A stretch of 64,000 nucleotides of DNA from Chiloscyllium plagiosum (lineage: Eukaryota). The stretch lies in assembly GCF_004010195.1 (NCBI RefSeq), contig NC_057718.1, positions 45,620,322 to 45,684,321 on the forward strand, read 5' to 3'. The translations under genes were made by a program, and so were the position numbers. Each line of letters opens with the position of its first letter. The stretch's first letter is position 1. Of the stretch, positions 13,278 to 25,705 are shown in pieces. The notes beneath the pieces are model-generated. The model ran no database searches, was not told the DNA's origin, and worked only from the letters and a program-made list of their open reading frames with translations.

Positions 13278-15089
13278 TTAACTATATCAGCATGTTCATC
13301 TGAATGTTTTGAAAGGGGGGTATTGTTGCAACATAGGGAAACTTCATACAAATGCATGACCATATAGCTGTCTTTTAAAACTCAGCAGTATATTGGCACT
13401 TTTCAGCAAGTTCCTGCCTATTTTTGAACTACCAAAACTCATTTACATTATATTTAACACTTGTCATCTCTGCAATTACATTTTGGGGCATTCTGGCATT
13501 ATGAAGATCATTATCTTAATGTGAGCTTGTGCTTTATTTATCAATCAAAATGAACAGACCAACAATTCAGATGTGGTTCAAAACAAATTCAACTGTAAGC
13601 ACTACTTATTATTTTTTACATTTAAGACTGCATGGTGCAGAATTAGGAAGCATGTTAACAGTTTTGACATAACAGTAGACTTTTATACCCCGGCATAAGG
13701 TTATGGCAAAGTCAGGTCTATGATTCTGGAGCAGAAACTGAGAAACATCTGTTGTCTGACTAACAACATGTTCACTCTACCAGCACTGTCACATTGTCAC
13801 CTATATATCCTTAAGCAGCCAACATCTGTCTCTAATTGTAATTCATGCAAGATGTGGCACTATCTATGTTTCCTGACCTATAAAAACAAAAAAGGTTGCT
13901 TTGCACATTCATTGTGACTCTGCTTAATACACCAGATTGGATTTTATTATTGCCCTCAACAGTGCACTGCAAATAAAGACAGTGAAACGTAAATGGAAAA
14001 CATTCGCATCATAATGGGGGCATGATTAGTACAAATTTTTGAACGATTCCTTTCTCTAAATAGCTTAGATAATGGAGTTCTGGAACTCACTGTGAAATTA
14101 GCTAATGTAACTTCTAAAATCATTCCAAAAGTGAAGAATAGATGCTGGGAATATTTTGCCTCCACCTTATTCTAAGATGAAAACTTAGCTCTAAAAGTTA
14201 ATGCCTTGTTTTAGAGGAGAATTCTATACTAGCATTTTTTGTTGTTGTTATTGTCGTTTTCCACCTCATTTATTGTCAATGGTGTTTTAATTAAGGAAGT
14301 AGTAATTTATGAATAAATAAAGACTTTCTCAGCAAGTTCATTCCCATTGTTACTCATGGTCTTGGTTTAATTTTATTCCTCAAAACCCACTTTGGTTTAA
14401 GTAAAATACAATTTGTTTACTGGTATCAAACGCTTTCACAAAATTATGTTTTGATTTTCAAATTCATATTTAAACTAAACAAATAACATTATTTACTTTC
14501 TGGACATAAATAAATGGAACAAGAGATTGTCCTTGGATACTTTGACTCTGGGTTTAGCTGGAAGAGTTTGAATTGTGTGAAACCAAAGGCATTTTGCACT
14601 CCTTTTTAGCTTTTTGGAAATAATGATCAACTCATTGAGAATTCAAAAACATTTCTGTCCCTCTACATTCTCTATTTTATGTTGACATTAACACTAATAG
14701 CCATGTGCTGTTAAATACCTTAAAATATAACACCCATATTATTTATGGATCCATGATAATGCAAAAACATGCTTTGCGATGACTGCCGCATTGAAATGGT
14801 AACTTCTGAAAATGACATGGTCATTGTGTGAATTACTCATGCCTGCAGATAGCACATCACCTTTGCTCTGCCTAATCATCTGAATTATTTCATGTCAGGC
14901 CAACGCTAATGTCGCTGATGATTGGTTGAAGGTACCAGCAGACAATACAACATCATGAGTGGTTAGCACCACTTGGAGCTAGCCTACACTGTTTAAAGCC
15001 AGCCTACTCCTTGAAAATGGGAGGTGTTTTGTAGCTGGATCAGGTGTTGATGGTCAAGTAGAATGTAACTCTGACCCTGGGCAACCGTG

Positions 15090-15340
15090 AATAATGGCAT
15101 AATAATAAGGGGAAGCCTGGCAGGCTTTCCAACACACTGCTATGGGTCTTTGTGGAGGAGAGGGAAAGGAGGAGAGATTTCCTGACCACATGGGGGTGGG
15201 GACAGGAGACCCTTCAGAAACATGTTCAGTAGACAGTGAAAGGAACAAGCTGTACTGTCAGTGTTGGGAATCTAATTGTGAGGAGCTGAGTGCAGGATCA
15301 CAAGAGCTTCAGAGGCTTACATGAATTGTTAGGGTCAGTA
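15090..15340 (+). mobile_element. Decayed Harbinger Myb/SANT-like gene remnant
   Basis: Frameshifted match to the RFSxxxLExLVxEVxxRRxxL...W...QCxKxF pattern; similar to 19270-19480. Confidence 0.4.
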
Positions 15341-15739
15341 AATTAATATTCTAATGACATATTCTGCCAACTGTGCTGATAATCTGAGTCGCTGTTGTAA
15401 TCCTGATACCCAAAAAAGCTTACCTCCCAACAATTTTCCACATTCTAGTCGACAAGAATCTGCAACATGTTGCCAAGATCTGCAGATTTAATTCAGAAGC
15501 AGCTATTTGCATAGAAATCCATTGCAACAGTCACCTGCATAGCCACTGACAATGTGGTCTTTGTTCTGCTCTGAAGTTTCAGTTGTAGCACAACAAGGGC
15601 CAGATTTCAGTGCAAACACCCTCACTGAAGTGCAGACATCTCAGAGATTATTTCTAGCTGAAGTCAAGTAGAAAAATTTGTCCTGACCACTCTGGGCTGA
15701 TATGATTTCAATACTTGATAAGATGGACACCTGGATTGT

Positions 15740-15850
15740 AAGGACTGCAATGGTTCAAGAAGACAGCTCACCTCTACCTTCTCAAAGGCAACTCAGAATG
15801 GGCAATAAATACTGGCCAGTCAGCAATGCCCACATTCCATGAATGAATTT
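15740..15850 (+). mobile_element. LINE 3' end sharing its tail with the local SINE family
   Basis: ggactgcaatggttcaagaagacagctcacc...gggcaataaatactggcc...gcccacattccatgaatgaat. Confidence 0.7.
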
Positions 15851-16269
15851 TAAACAATGAGCCCTCTTCCCCTTTTTTCTCCTCCCTCTTCAAGCAGCTT
15901 GTCCTATGCTGTATGACCTCAGTTGATTTTTCAAGTCATGTTGTATCACAAGAGGAATGACTAGTACAGCACCTACATCTATGCTTAGTCTATAAGCCTA
16001 CAAGTCAGCATAACACCTTCAACTGCCTGACCACTCCCTGTAGGCTTTTGCAGTTTTAACTTTAGCTTTGGAAAGCAACAAACAAAGGTAAATCTGAAGT
16101 AACAGATAGAAGAAATCAAGCAGTAACTAATCTTTAAGTAATTGTTGATCCCATTAAATTTGACTGGTTAGGTGTTCCACTGGCTTCTGAACACATGCTC
16201 ATTGTTCATGGTTAGGAGAGGACACTGACTGGAGCATTGGTTTCCAAAATAGCACTATTAGTGACAAAT

Positions 16270-16412
16270 CAGTGGTTAGCGAGTTTTGAGAAGATTTATA
16301 GCTCAGGTTGAGGTTCTGGATGTAGGTTTGCTCACTGAGCTGGAAGGTTTGTTTTCAGATGTTGCGTCACCCTACTTGGTAACATCATCACTGAGCCTCC
16401 GGATGAAGCATT
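16270..16412 (-). mobile_element. Penelope-like element terminal fragment (second family) with decayed hammerhead
   Basis: The minus strand reads GTGATGA-TGTTACC...GGTGAC-GCAAC-ATC, a degenerate CUGAUGA...GAAAC-GUC motif, followed by ccttccagctcagtgagcaaacc. Confidence 0.55.
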
Positions 16413-17326
16413 GTTAATTGATGCCATGGTTTGCCTGCTTTGCGTTATTCTGGTGAATGTTTACTGTGTGTGCCAAGACTGTCACCAACTTGGCATCTGG
16501 CACAATTTTCTGCACAATTGTGCACAAAGGCTGTAGCTGCCATTTTGCAATTCTATAGGCATTGTAGCACCTAAAGAAATTGATGCAAATAATTCCAATT
16601 TATTATCTGGTTTTTATTATTAGCTTCGAAATTAATGTTTATGGCCTTAGCACAGAGGCTCCTAATATGTTTGTTTGATATTTGCATGCCTGATACTTTA
16701 ATTTTGGTGCCAATTTATTTAGAAGAGTATTGCCTCATAAATGTGTTGTTTTCATATGCTAATATTGGAGACAGTAAGCTACAGAGTATCTTAAATCACA
16801 CTGAAGTTATGGACATAATAACAAGTTCCACACTGTGTTAAATTACATGATTACGGTTATCCTTTGGAAAATACAATAACAATCATACTTGTACTTGAAA
16901 CAGAAATCAAGGACAGCTAAAAAGATTTCTTCCACAGAAAATACTGTTCTTTCACTCCCAGGTTATAGCTCACCAGTGGAAATCGAAATACAAGATCAGA
17001 CTAGCTTATAAATATTTTATTTAGGTTAAGATGAGACCTCAAACACTCCAGAGTTAAGAAAGCTAAATAAAGGATGAGTGAAACCTTTAAGAATTATAAT
17101 TGTAGCTATGAAGTGAACTGTCCAAGCCCTTTATAACAAGTCACATGCACTCCCTGTTCACTTCCATTTAAACAAGTGAGCTTAAAGAGGGCGTAGTATT
17201 TATCTGCATATGATTTTCCAAATTAAATTAATTATGAGAACTGCAACAATTGGAAATTAAATGGCAGATTTTGTTTGAGAATGATCGGACTTCAGCAACA
17301 GTCAGCACAAAGGGACATCTGTGGTG

Positions 17327-17376
17327 ATGAAACCTTTTTCACTTGTTTATTTTGAGATAGCTGTTACCCTCTATTT
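17327..17376 (+). CDS. Candidate signal-peptide exon of an unrecognised small secreted protein
   Basis: ATG AAA CCT...CTC TAT TT|gtaagt reads MKPFSLVYFEIAVTLY(L): a basic N-terminus, a hydrophobic core and a consensus GTAAGT donor, phase 2. Confidence 0.4.
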
Positions 17377-17862
17377 GTAAGTACACTTTCCATCAGTTTG
17401 AAAATAATGATGTTAAAAGTCTAATCAAATCTTTCACTTCACATTTCCTTTTGTGACTTGTTGCTCTTTGTATTCCTTGCTTCTCAATCTGCTGTTTTTC
17501 TGTCAGTTAGTCTGCCCTCTCGGCTGTCAGTTTTGACGGATGTTTTTTAAAAAGGTCCTTGTGTATCAATTCTCCTCCCGTCTTCCATCGTCTTATTCAA
17601 TAGATGTTCACAAGTCTGATTCAATTCTGGGGCAGCTGTTGCACTTTTTAAACCCTTGTGCTACTAAAGGAAACCTGGTCTTTAGACAATGTATTTAATA
17701 TGCACAACATTCATTGAATACATATTTCCTTGCATGCCTTCCTTTGATGATAAAAGAGTGGATATGACCATTTAAAGTTTGTAGTATTCGCTATCAAAGA
17801 GTGTTTACTAGTTTTTTTTAAATCTCAGATGCTGTTGTACTTTATTATTTGTCTTACCATAG

Positions 17863-18016
17863 AGTGGACTCATTTTCAGCAATTCCGTGCTATTCCTTCA
17901 TTCCTTGGCAGCGTAAAGTCCTGATTAATGGTGATCCTTCTGATATTATGAACGATGAAACAGCTTGTCCTCATTCTATATTGCCAATAGAATTCAAATC
18001 TCCAGAACCATTTTAG
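17863..18016 (+). CDS. Candidate second exon of the small secreted protein
   Basis: The acceptor tttattatttgtcttaccatag|A is phase-compatible with 17327-17376. The frame is open for 50 codons (VDSFSAIPCYSFIPWQRKVLINGDPSDIMNDETACPHSILPIEFKSPEPF*). AATAAA follows at 18097-18102, then a GT-rich tract. Confidence 0.4.
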
Positions 18017-18096
18017 AATTGCACCTTGATTATTGTGGACCATTTCAGGCATTTTAAATTAAAGGCTTACCTATTATCTACATGTAGTGTAAAAAC

Positions 18097-18102
18097 AATA
18101 AA
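18097..18102 (+). terminator. Candidate poly(A) signal
   Basis: AATAAA followed by ttgattgtttgtgtttt, 80 nt after the TAG at 18014-18016. Confidence 0.35.
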
Positions 18103-18999
18103 ATTGATTGTTTGTGTTTTAAAGTAACAGCCAATGGAAGTAATTTGATAAGCTCAGGATCTTCACCCTCAAAAAGTGATGTCTTATAAAGGGGTTATAG
18201 GTGAATATAAGACAGATAAAGTAAATACGGGATAAGCATTTTGGACAGTTCAAGTTGGGTTAACTAATAAGGGAATTAGTTCCACTATTGCAAAGAGCAA
18301 ATTTGGAACAGATTTTCATGAGTATTTGTTTTTACAGGTTGGTCAACAGCTGGAATGGATCATTATAAAGTGAATTTGAGACCAAGAGGCTAGAATATTC
18401 TGAGCAACAGTTAGATGCAGTAACTGGAAAATGGGAGAACTGGTCTCCTCAAAGCATGAGATTGAGAGGGTGAAAGTTTTGTCCATCTAAACCTAAGTTA
18501 TGAACATTTAACCAGAGTACCATCACAAGATGGTCATTTTTCCAATTGAATTGAACTGGTATAATAAGACAAGTCTTTGTTCAAACCACACAAAACATAT
18601 TGAAATTATGACTTAAATGTAACAAGGATATATTAAAGAATAATCTTGGCTTTATTTAAATGGAGAAACCTAAAGTTAGTTACATATTCCATGTGCTTAT
18701 AAATTTTATCAGTGGCTGTTTCTTTATGAGCATGTGGCTGCTTATTACACGTATAGACTTCATTTAATCAAATTAGGTATCCTTCTGCTGGTATTTAATC
18801 AAGGTGACCTGAAACTAAGGGCAGGTTTCATATTATACAACTGATGGCAAACAACTGACAAGAAGCTGGTCAGAATCGATGACAAAGGTTTTTACTGTGG
18901 CCCTCAGAGGCTTTGAGCTTGTCTCATCTTGAACCTTATGAGAGTTGAAGTTTAACCATGGCACCTGCAACTTAACAATGGACAAAATATTGAATACTT

Positions 19000-21230
19000 C
19001 TTGAAAATGGGCTCTTTCTGATGCAGGCAGCAAGAAACATTATGCTGTGTGTTCATTTATAAAATTGTCACATGCAGACAAGTCAAAGTGTGCTGTTGAG
19101 TGGCTGTACACTTGAGCAGGAGATATGAAATTGTGAGATGCTAGCATGGGTTCAAGAAATCAGTACCATTTAAAGCCAGCCTTCACCTTTAGAGACTCAC
19201 TTTGACTGTAACGCATGCTGGAAGTCATTTTAAATGTGGGTCTTATCTGAGAAAGACTTTAAAGTCTTTAAAAGCAGAAAGCAGGCTTCAAGGTGCTACA
19301 GCGCAGCATTGGGAGACCTTGGAGCAGGATGTGATGAGGAAGAGAGATGTTCACCAATCACAGAGGATAGGATTGCACACACTACCAGAGAGAACAAACA
19401 ATGAAAAGTTTATCACCCAAACACATAGCACTGATGGACGTGCTGGTCCCTTGCACGATGAGGTGATGCACAAACTTCAGTGAGCATTAATGAGCCAATA
19501 GAGGACAGGCACGGCAGGATGCCCTCAGTCAGAGGGAGGAGAGTGTTCACGATCATTGGAACTGCCACAACTCAGGCTGTGGCCAGCAACAAGGTTTGAA
19601 CCATTTGCTGATGGTGATTGCTCATATCTAATCCTGTTTCTCACATCCCATCTCCTCCTCATCCCACAACCTCTCTTGATTTAAGAATTGCAAGTGATGT
19701 AAGCAATGGTGAAAATGCTGCCCTCATTACCAATTTACACTTATGTTTTTTTTCCCCTTCCCAAAGAGCTAGAATCTGACAAGGCTTTATTTCAGGGACA
19801 AGAAGTAGAAGAGGAAGAAGTAATTGATACTAATGAAACACAGTTATTCGATCTCACACTCGCAGTCCCCTTCTAAGTTTCTAACACTGTACTTTCAAGG
19901 GTAGCACACTGGCAGGATGTACATGTAGTGAAACCCTGGTCAAAAGTAGCCTGCAGCATCTGCAGAAAGAGGGAGAGGGTAAATCTATGCCACCTAAAGG
20001 CAGGACAAGGTTGCAAGTATGTTCTGTGCAGAGGATTCGGATGAGGACTTTGACTGGATGGTGGATATGGACACAGAATTGTTCAATGCATTAGCAGATC
20101 TGCCAGAAAACTGGTGTTTCAGGATGGTGTTCAGAGGTTGAGTACATCCTTCCCAGCATGCAGATTGTCGCCAAATCCAATGCCAAACATATGGTCCATA
20201 ATACAACAACCCATGCATTATCTGATCACTGGTGTCTAATCTTTCAAACTGCAATATTTGCAGAAGTCATCCAGAGTCTCTCAGATCTAGCATTCAGTCC
20301 TGCAACACATCGCTGAGAGTGCTAATATGTCTTCATAATAGCAAGGTAATTCAGGCTAGAGCAGACCAGGTCAAATCTTGATACGTAACTCCGGAGGTTA
20401 TTGTTAGGGTTCCTTCAGAGTGGTCCAAGCATTAGAAGCACACAATGAACTGTTGAATGACATTCCAAATTGCGACATGGCTCTTATTATATGCTACTGC
20501 GCAAAACTGTGGATAGCACAATGAAGCCATGAGCTAGGTTAATCCCTGTCTTCCAGTAGGTACCCTCTGGTTACTTGTGGTGGCACAAACATTGAAGGTA
20601 TGGTGGACTGCTGCAAAATAAAGACATCCTGATGGTTGCCAAGATACCGGGCATTGACAAGAATGAGTCACTGAATATTGCTGGACCGCAACGACGTGTG
20701 GTATAACCAATAATGTCATCATGAATCCTGCTTTCCGGCAAAGCTATATGTTGGCTCTTCCTGCTTCTATCTGGCAAGAGGAAATTAAGTGTCCTTTAAG
20801 TATCTACACAGCCTCAATGATGTCCCTTATGTAGCTCTGGATGGTGAGATTTTGGAAATATCACTTGTCCAAGCCTGAAAGGAGCCGGACATGAAAAGAT
20901 TGATGGCTACATTTGCATTGACAAATCCTGACAATACCTGGCTCTAAGGCTGCAATGCTGCCTGCCACAGATAGCAGGTTTCAGTGAGTGAAATGGAGAT
21001 GTTGCATTCCTTTGATTTAGGGGAATTGAAGCCACTGCATGGAGGTAGATCCTGCTGGTATCCTTTCTTCCCCTCTCTGCCCTCTTGGATCAGCTTGTTG
21101 TTTTCTATGCCACCCCTACTCTTTGTCCCTGTCGTGTGGTAGGCTGGGGAGTGGGGTGGGAGCTGGAATTGCATCGGAGCAGAACCTTTAAATTGAGAAG
21201 CAAGGCCTTCACCAGATGCCACATCATTCC
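19000..21230. mobile_element. Decayed PIF/Harbinger DNA transposon (Myb-like gene on +, DDE transposase on -)
   Basis: The minus strand at ~20525-20662 reads LVNARYLGNHQDVFILQQSTIPSMF...RGYLLEDRD*PSSWL, resembling the Harbinger motif VxARxPGSxHDxxIL...GxLLGDxGYPxxxWL. The + strand at 19270-19350 reads ETLEQDVMRKRDV (Myb/SANT-like). Outer boundaries are uncertain. Confidence 0.65.
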
Positions 21231-21239
21231 CCCAATGTC

Positions 21240-21425
21240 TGGTTTATGATGTAGAAGTCACCAATATCATGGGTTCAATTTCCACATTGGCTGAGGTCAC
21301 CATGAAGGTCCCACCTTCCAGACTTTATCCCTTGCCTGAAGTGTGATGATCCTCAGGTTAAATCATCACTGCCGTTTCTCTCTCTAATGAGAGAGCAGCC
21401 GAATGGTTCTCTGGCAATTTTAGTC
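21240..21425 (+). mobile_element. Probable tRNA-derived SINE (different family)
   Basis: B-box-like GGTTCAATTTCC followed by ggctgaggtcaccatgaagg...ctctctctaatgagagag. Confidence 0.45.
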
Positions 21426-23645
21426 TTTCTTTACCTTCTGACATTCATCAATGTGAAGTACAATCTTCTAAATATTTTGACTGATTGAGGAATTCTCAAT
21501 AGAAATTCACTGTCAAATAGGTTGAAAGTATTTGATAATTCCTTGAAATAGTGCTGGGAGATGTGGTGTTCCTGTTACTTACTACATACACAGCTCTGTG
21601 ATGCAGGGGGCATTAACTAGAGTGTTTTGCTAGAATCAGATTTTATCACTATGTAATGCATGAAGTTAAAATCACATCCCTAAGGTTAAGTCAATGTTAC
21701 ACACTGGCTAGGAATATAGTTTGTCAATTCTGCATTCTTTAGTTTGGACTCTGGGATGACCAAACCTAAGACCGATCCCAAAATTCCACCTGTACCAGAA
21801 ATGTGCATGTGTGACACAGATGTCATTTTGGGATTTGAACTGATAAAACAAATGTGCATGCTATAACCTAATATTGTAGCCATTGTTTTTTTCCATTCTC
21901 TTCTATCTGACTTGTTCAGCCTCCTGCTGGTCAACTTACAATCAGTCACATCTGCTGAAGGACTGCACAGAAATGGGGATTGGTATGCACAAGGGAATAA
22001 ACAAGGAATAAAGTACCAGCTACAAAAATAAAAGGCTTTCAATTGTGACAGCCTTCAGAGAATTTTCAGTAGATTTTACATTTCCATTTATTCTGTGGTT
22101 CAGTCCTATAAAGTAGTTGCAACAATTAGTACTGCCCCATCATGATTGCATTTATAGTCATATTCAAAATGAGAGGGTTGCAGTGCTGATCAACTTGCCG
22201 CTTCTCAATTGGCATGTGCAAATTCCATTGGCACAGGCAAAGGTTGCTGCAGCTCCCAGGAACAAGTGTTGTTCCTTTACACTTGGCTGGCCAAGCTGAG
22301 GCGAATAGTATTTAATCTCGCAAATACCTCGGAGAGCGAACACCTCGACGATTTGCAAAGTCTAGTGCAAGAATACATTAACAAATTTTTGAAAACACAC
22401 ATTTGAGTTTGCAATTTTGTATCCAGGCAGTGGACTGTGAAACTTGTGAATTGGTTTTTAAAGCTTTGTTAAAACCAGAAAGCACAGATGTTAAAACTAG
22501 GTTCAGATGTAGCGACAGATGGTATTTGATTATGGAGCAGACTGTTCGTATAATACAAAGATGCTGCTTCAGCCATACATGAGGCGCTTCAGATAGTGGT
22601 AGTAGAAAAGATTTCAGAGAAATTTAGAAAGCAGGTGGTTCCAGTGGTGGTGTCGTTTCAAACTGTCTGCTTCTGGCTGCTGTGTTTGACAGTGACACTA
22701 AATTCACCCATGGCGTCAATAGCTCTGTTTACAAGGTACTTCTCCAATTTAGATTTAAATTTGAATTTGGAGTGAAAGGGACCATTGGTAATTGAGATGG
22801 CAGCAGGCTGGAGAGAAATTGAGAATGGCCTTTCTTCAGATTTCAATCAGACATTATCATAATGTGTATTCATACAGATAAAAATCTATTATATCTATTT
22901 TCTATCTATTAGGCAGCAGTGGGATGTTGATTCTCTCCAGGGAATGAAGAGATCTCATAATCCTTAAATAACAGGACTGGACTGGATTCAGATATTATAT
23001 TAATTGTGCTGGCATTACTATAGCAGCAGGTTAAAGTTTTAATTGGGGTGAGTTTTAAGCAGTGCTTATTGTAATAAAAAAAATTCAATTTTCTGAAGTT
23101 CAGATCTCCTAAATTTAAATATTATACGACAATATATAATTTTTAATTTCAGTATGAGAACAAGGTCTGATCATTGATATGTGCTTGTTTTTATGTCATT
23201 TGGTTTATGTAAGTGCTTTTTACATTGGTGGACAAATGAAACAGGAGGAAGAGTGCCACATGACTGCTCGAGATCATGACATAACTCTGGCATATTACCG
23301 AATTGCAACAGAATTATCACACAGACAATATAAACCTCCATACAATTTATCATGTTCTGTAGCTTTTTTTCTATTATTGGTGGCTGTCATGTTGATATTT
23401 TTAACAGATTTGAAGGTTTACTACTATTTATTTTGCCATGATTCGTGTTTTAAATTTAAAAAAAGACAGATTTGTATTTTGTCCTTTCGCAAATGAAAAG
23501 GTGATTCTCTCCTTGTGAGCAAATCTGCTTTAAAAAAAAAACAAAGGGAACCATGTTCTTTGAAATGCAATTATTTGAAAAATTAACCCTTTCTGACTCC
23601 CAGTAAACTTTGTTTATTAAATTATCTTTTGAAGGGATGGTTTGT

Positions 23646-23960
23646 TTAGATTACTTACAGTGTGGAAACAGGCCCTTCGGCCCAACAAGTCCACACCAAC
23701 CCGGCGAAGCGCAACCCATCCAGACCCATTCCCCTACATTTCACCCCTTCACCTAACACTACGGGCAATTTAGCATGGCCAATTCACCTAACTTGCACAT
23801 TTTCGGACTGTGGGAGGAAACCAGAGCACCCGGAGGAAACCCACGCAGGCACGGGGAGAATGTGCAAACTCTACACAGTCAGTCGCCTGAGGCGGGAATT
23901 GAACCCGGGTCTCTGGCGCTGTGAGGCAACAGTGCTAACCACTGTGCCACCGTGCCACCC
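23646..23960 (-). mobile_element. HE1-type shark SINE, young full-length copy
   Basis: The minus strand begins GGGTGGCACGGTGGCACAGTGGTTAGCACTG (A box), then GGTTCAATTCC (B box), a V-domain-like body and the CR1-derived tail gggccgaagggcctgtttccacactgtaag. CpGs are retained. Confidence 0.9.
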
Positions 23961-24269
23961 ATGTTGTTAGAGTTCATTGGGCAGAAACCTGAACATGATA
24001 ACTGTCTTGTTTATATTCATGTTTTGCCTGGTGGTTTATGGAACTATCAATCAAAACTATTCCTAGGTCATTACCTTCTATAAAGAAATAGTGAATTTAG
24101 TATACTTTGGAAATGGGAAATGTTTAGCTCTGTTTTTAAGCACTGAAGAATTTTCATGCATTTGACACCAGCAAGCATTCGTTCATATTTAAAAGCAGTA
24201 GTGAGATACTACAATATCAACATTTAAATTTGTAACCTTTACTATTGTTTCCAAATAATCTCTAGTACT

Positions 24270-25170
24270 ACAAGGATTGGCACTCAACCTCAACAGTTTA
24301 CTATTTAGATAAATTTTGGATGTAAGTTAACAAGGTTGTAAAGTAACCTACAAGAAAATATGGATAGATCAAGTGAATAGGCAAGGATGCAGAAAATGGA
24401 ATTTAATATGGAAAAATGTGACATTGCCCATTTTGACAGGAAGAATAAAGTACAAGTATGCTATCTAAATGGTCAGAGATTACAGAGCTCCAAGATGATG
24501 AGGAATCCAGATGTCCTAGTGCATGAGTTGCAACCGATTAGTATGCAGCTACAGCAAGTAATTAAGAAAGCTGATAGAATGTTATAATTTATTGCAAATG
24601 GGACTGAGATTATGTTTCAGTTGTACAGGATACTGGTGAAAGCACATGAAGTATTGTGTACAGTTCTGGTCACCTTCCTTAAGGAAGGATGTACATGCAC
24701 TGGAAGCAGTTCAAACCAAGTTTACCAGAATAATTTCAGGAATGGGCAGGTTGTTTTACAACAAGAAGTTGAGAGGCTAGGCATTGAATTGACTGAAGTT
24801 TAGAGATGTAAGCGATGACTTGATTGAAGCATGTAAGAACCTGAGAGAGCCTTGATAGATTGGAAGTGGAAGGGATGTTTCCTCTTATGGGAGTCAGTGT
24901 TTAAAAATAAGGGATTTCCCGCTTAAATCTGAGATGTGGTGGTTTCATTCTCCAGAAGCTTGTGAAGCTGTGGGAGTTTCTTCCTGAAAAGGTGATGGAA
25001 GTAAGTTCCTGAATATTTTTAAAGTTGATAGATTTTTGTTAAGCATGGGGTGAAAGGTTATCAGGAATGTCGGGGGTTGGGGGGGGGCGGGAATGTGGAT
25101 TTGAGGTTATTGAATGTAGAGTAGGCTTGAGGAATCCAATAGCTTCATCTATTCCTTGCCTCAATGTTTG
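24270..25170 (+). mobile_element. CR1 LINE 3' fragment (decayed)
   Basis: QKMEFNMEKCDIAHFDRKN (resembling WQMxFNxxKCxVxHFGRKN), FQLYRILVK and YCVQFWSP-like remnants. Confidence 0.85.
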
Positions 25171-25705
25171 TATCACCATGAATGCCTCACACACATTTCT
25201 AAGTAAAAGAACATTATCATTTTAAATTCCCCATGTAATAGAGATTTTTTAAAAAAATTGCATGATAACAATGAAACTTTTTGAGAATAATGTATTCAAT
25301 TACACTAATAATCTTCTGATTTCCCTTCTCTGGAAGGAAGAGATACCCATTTAGATTGGCTTTAAATTTATGTAATAGTATTAATTTAAGCTCAGAACAT
25401 GGGTGAAATTATTTACGTATTTATCATCAGGGGTTTTCTCTTACATAATGACCATTAATCAACAAATGTATACGTAGTGTATGAACCAGGAGAAAACATA
25501 ATCATGTTCATCTATAAGAGTGAGTCTGTTTAATTAAAATATTTACATATGAAGATCATACTGATGCAGTATTTATTCCTCCTTCAAAAGCTGCTTGAAC
25601 TCTATTATGTTAAGCTATTATTTTATCATTAAGAGATCATTCCAAACATCCATATTAGGACACAAGCTTTACTAACATTTGTGTTTTTTCTCCTCAGATC
25701 AGTAC

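Noticed and set aside
23880..23960. tRNA gene (A and B boxes)
   Set aside because: It continues into a SINE body and a CR1-derived tail, so it is a SINE head.
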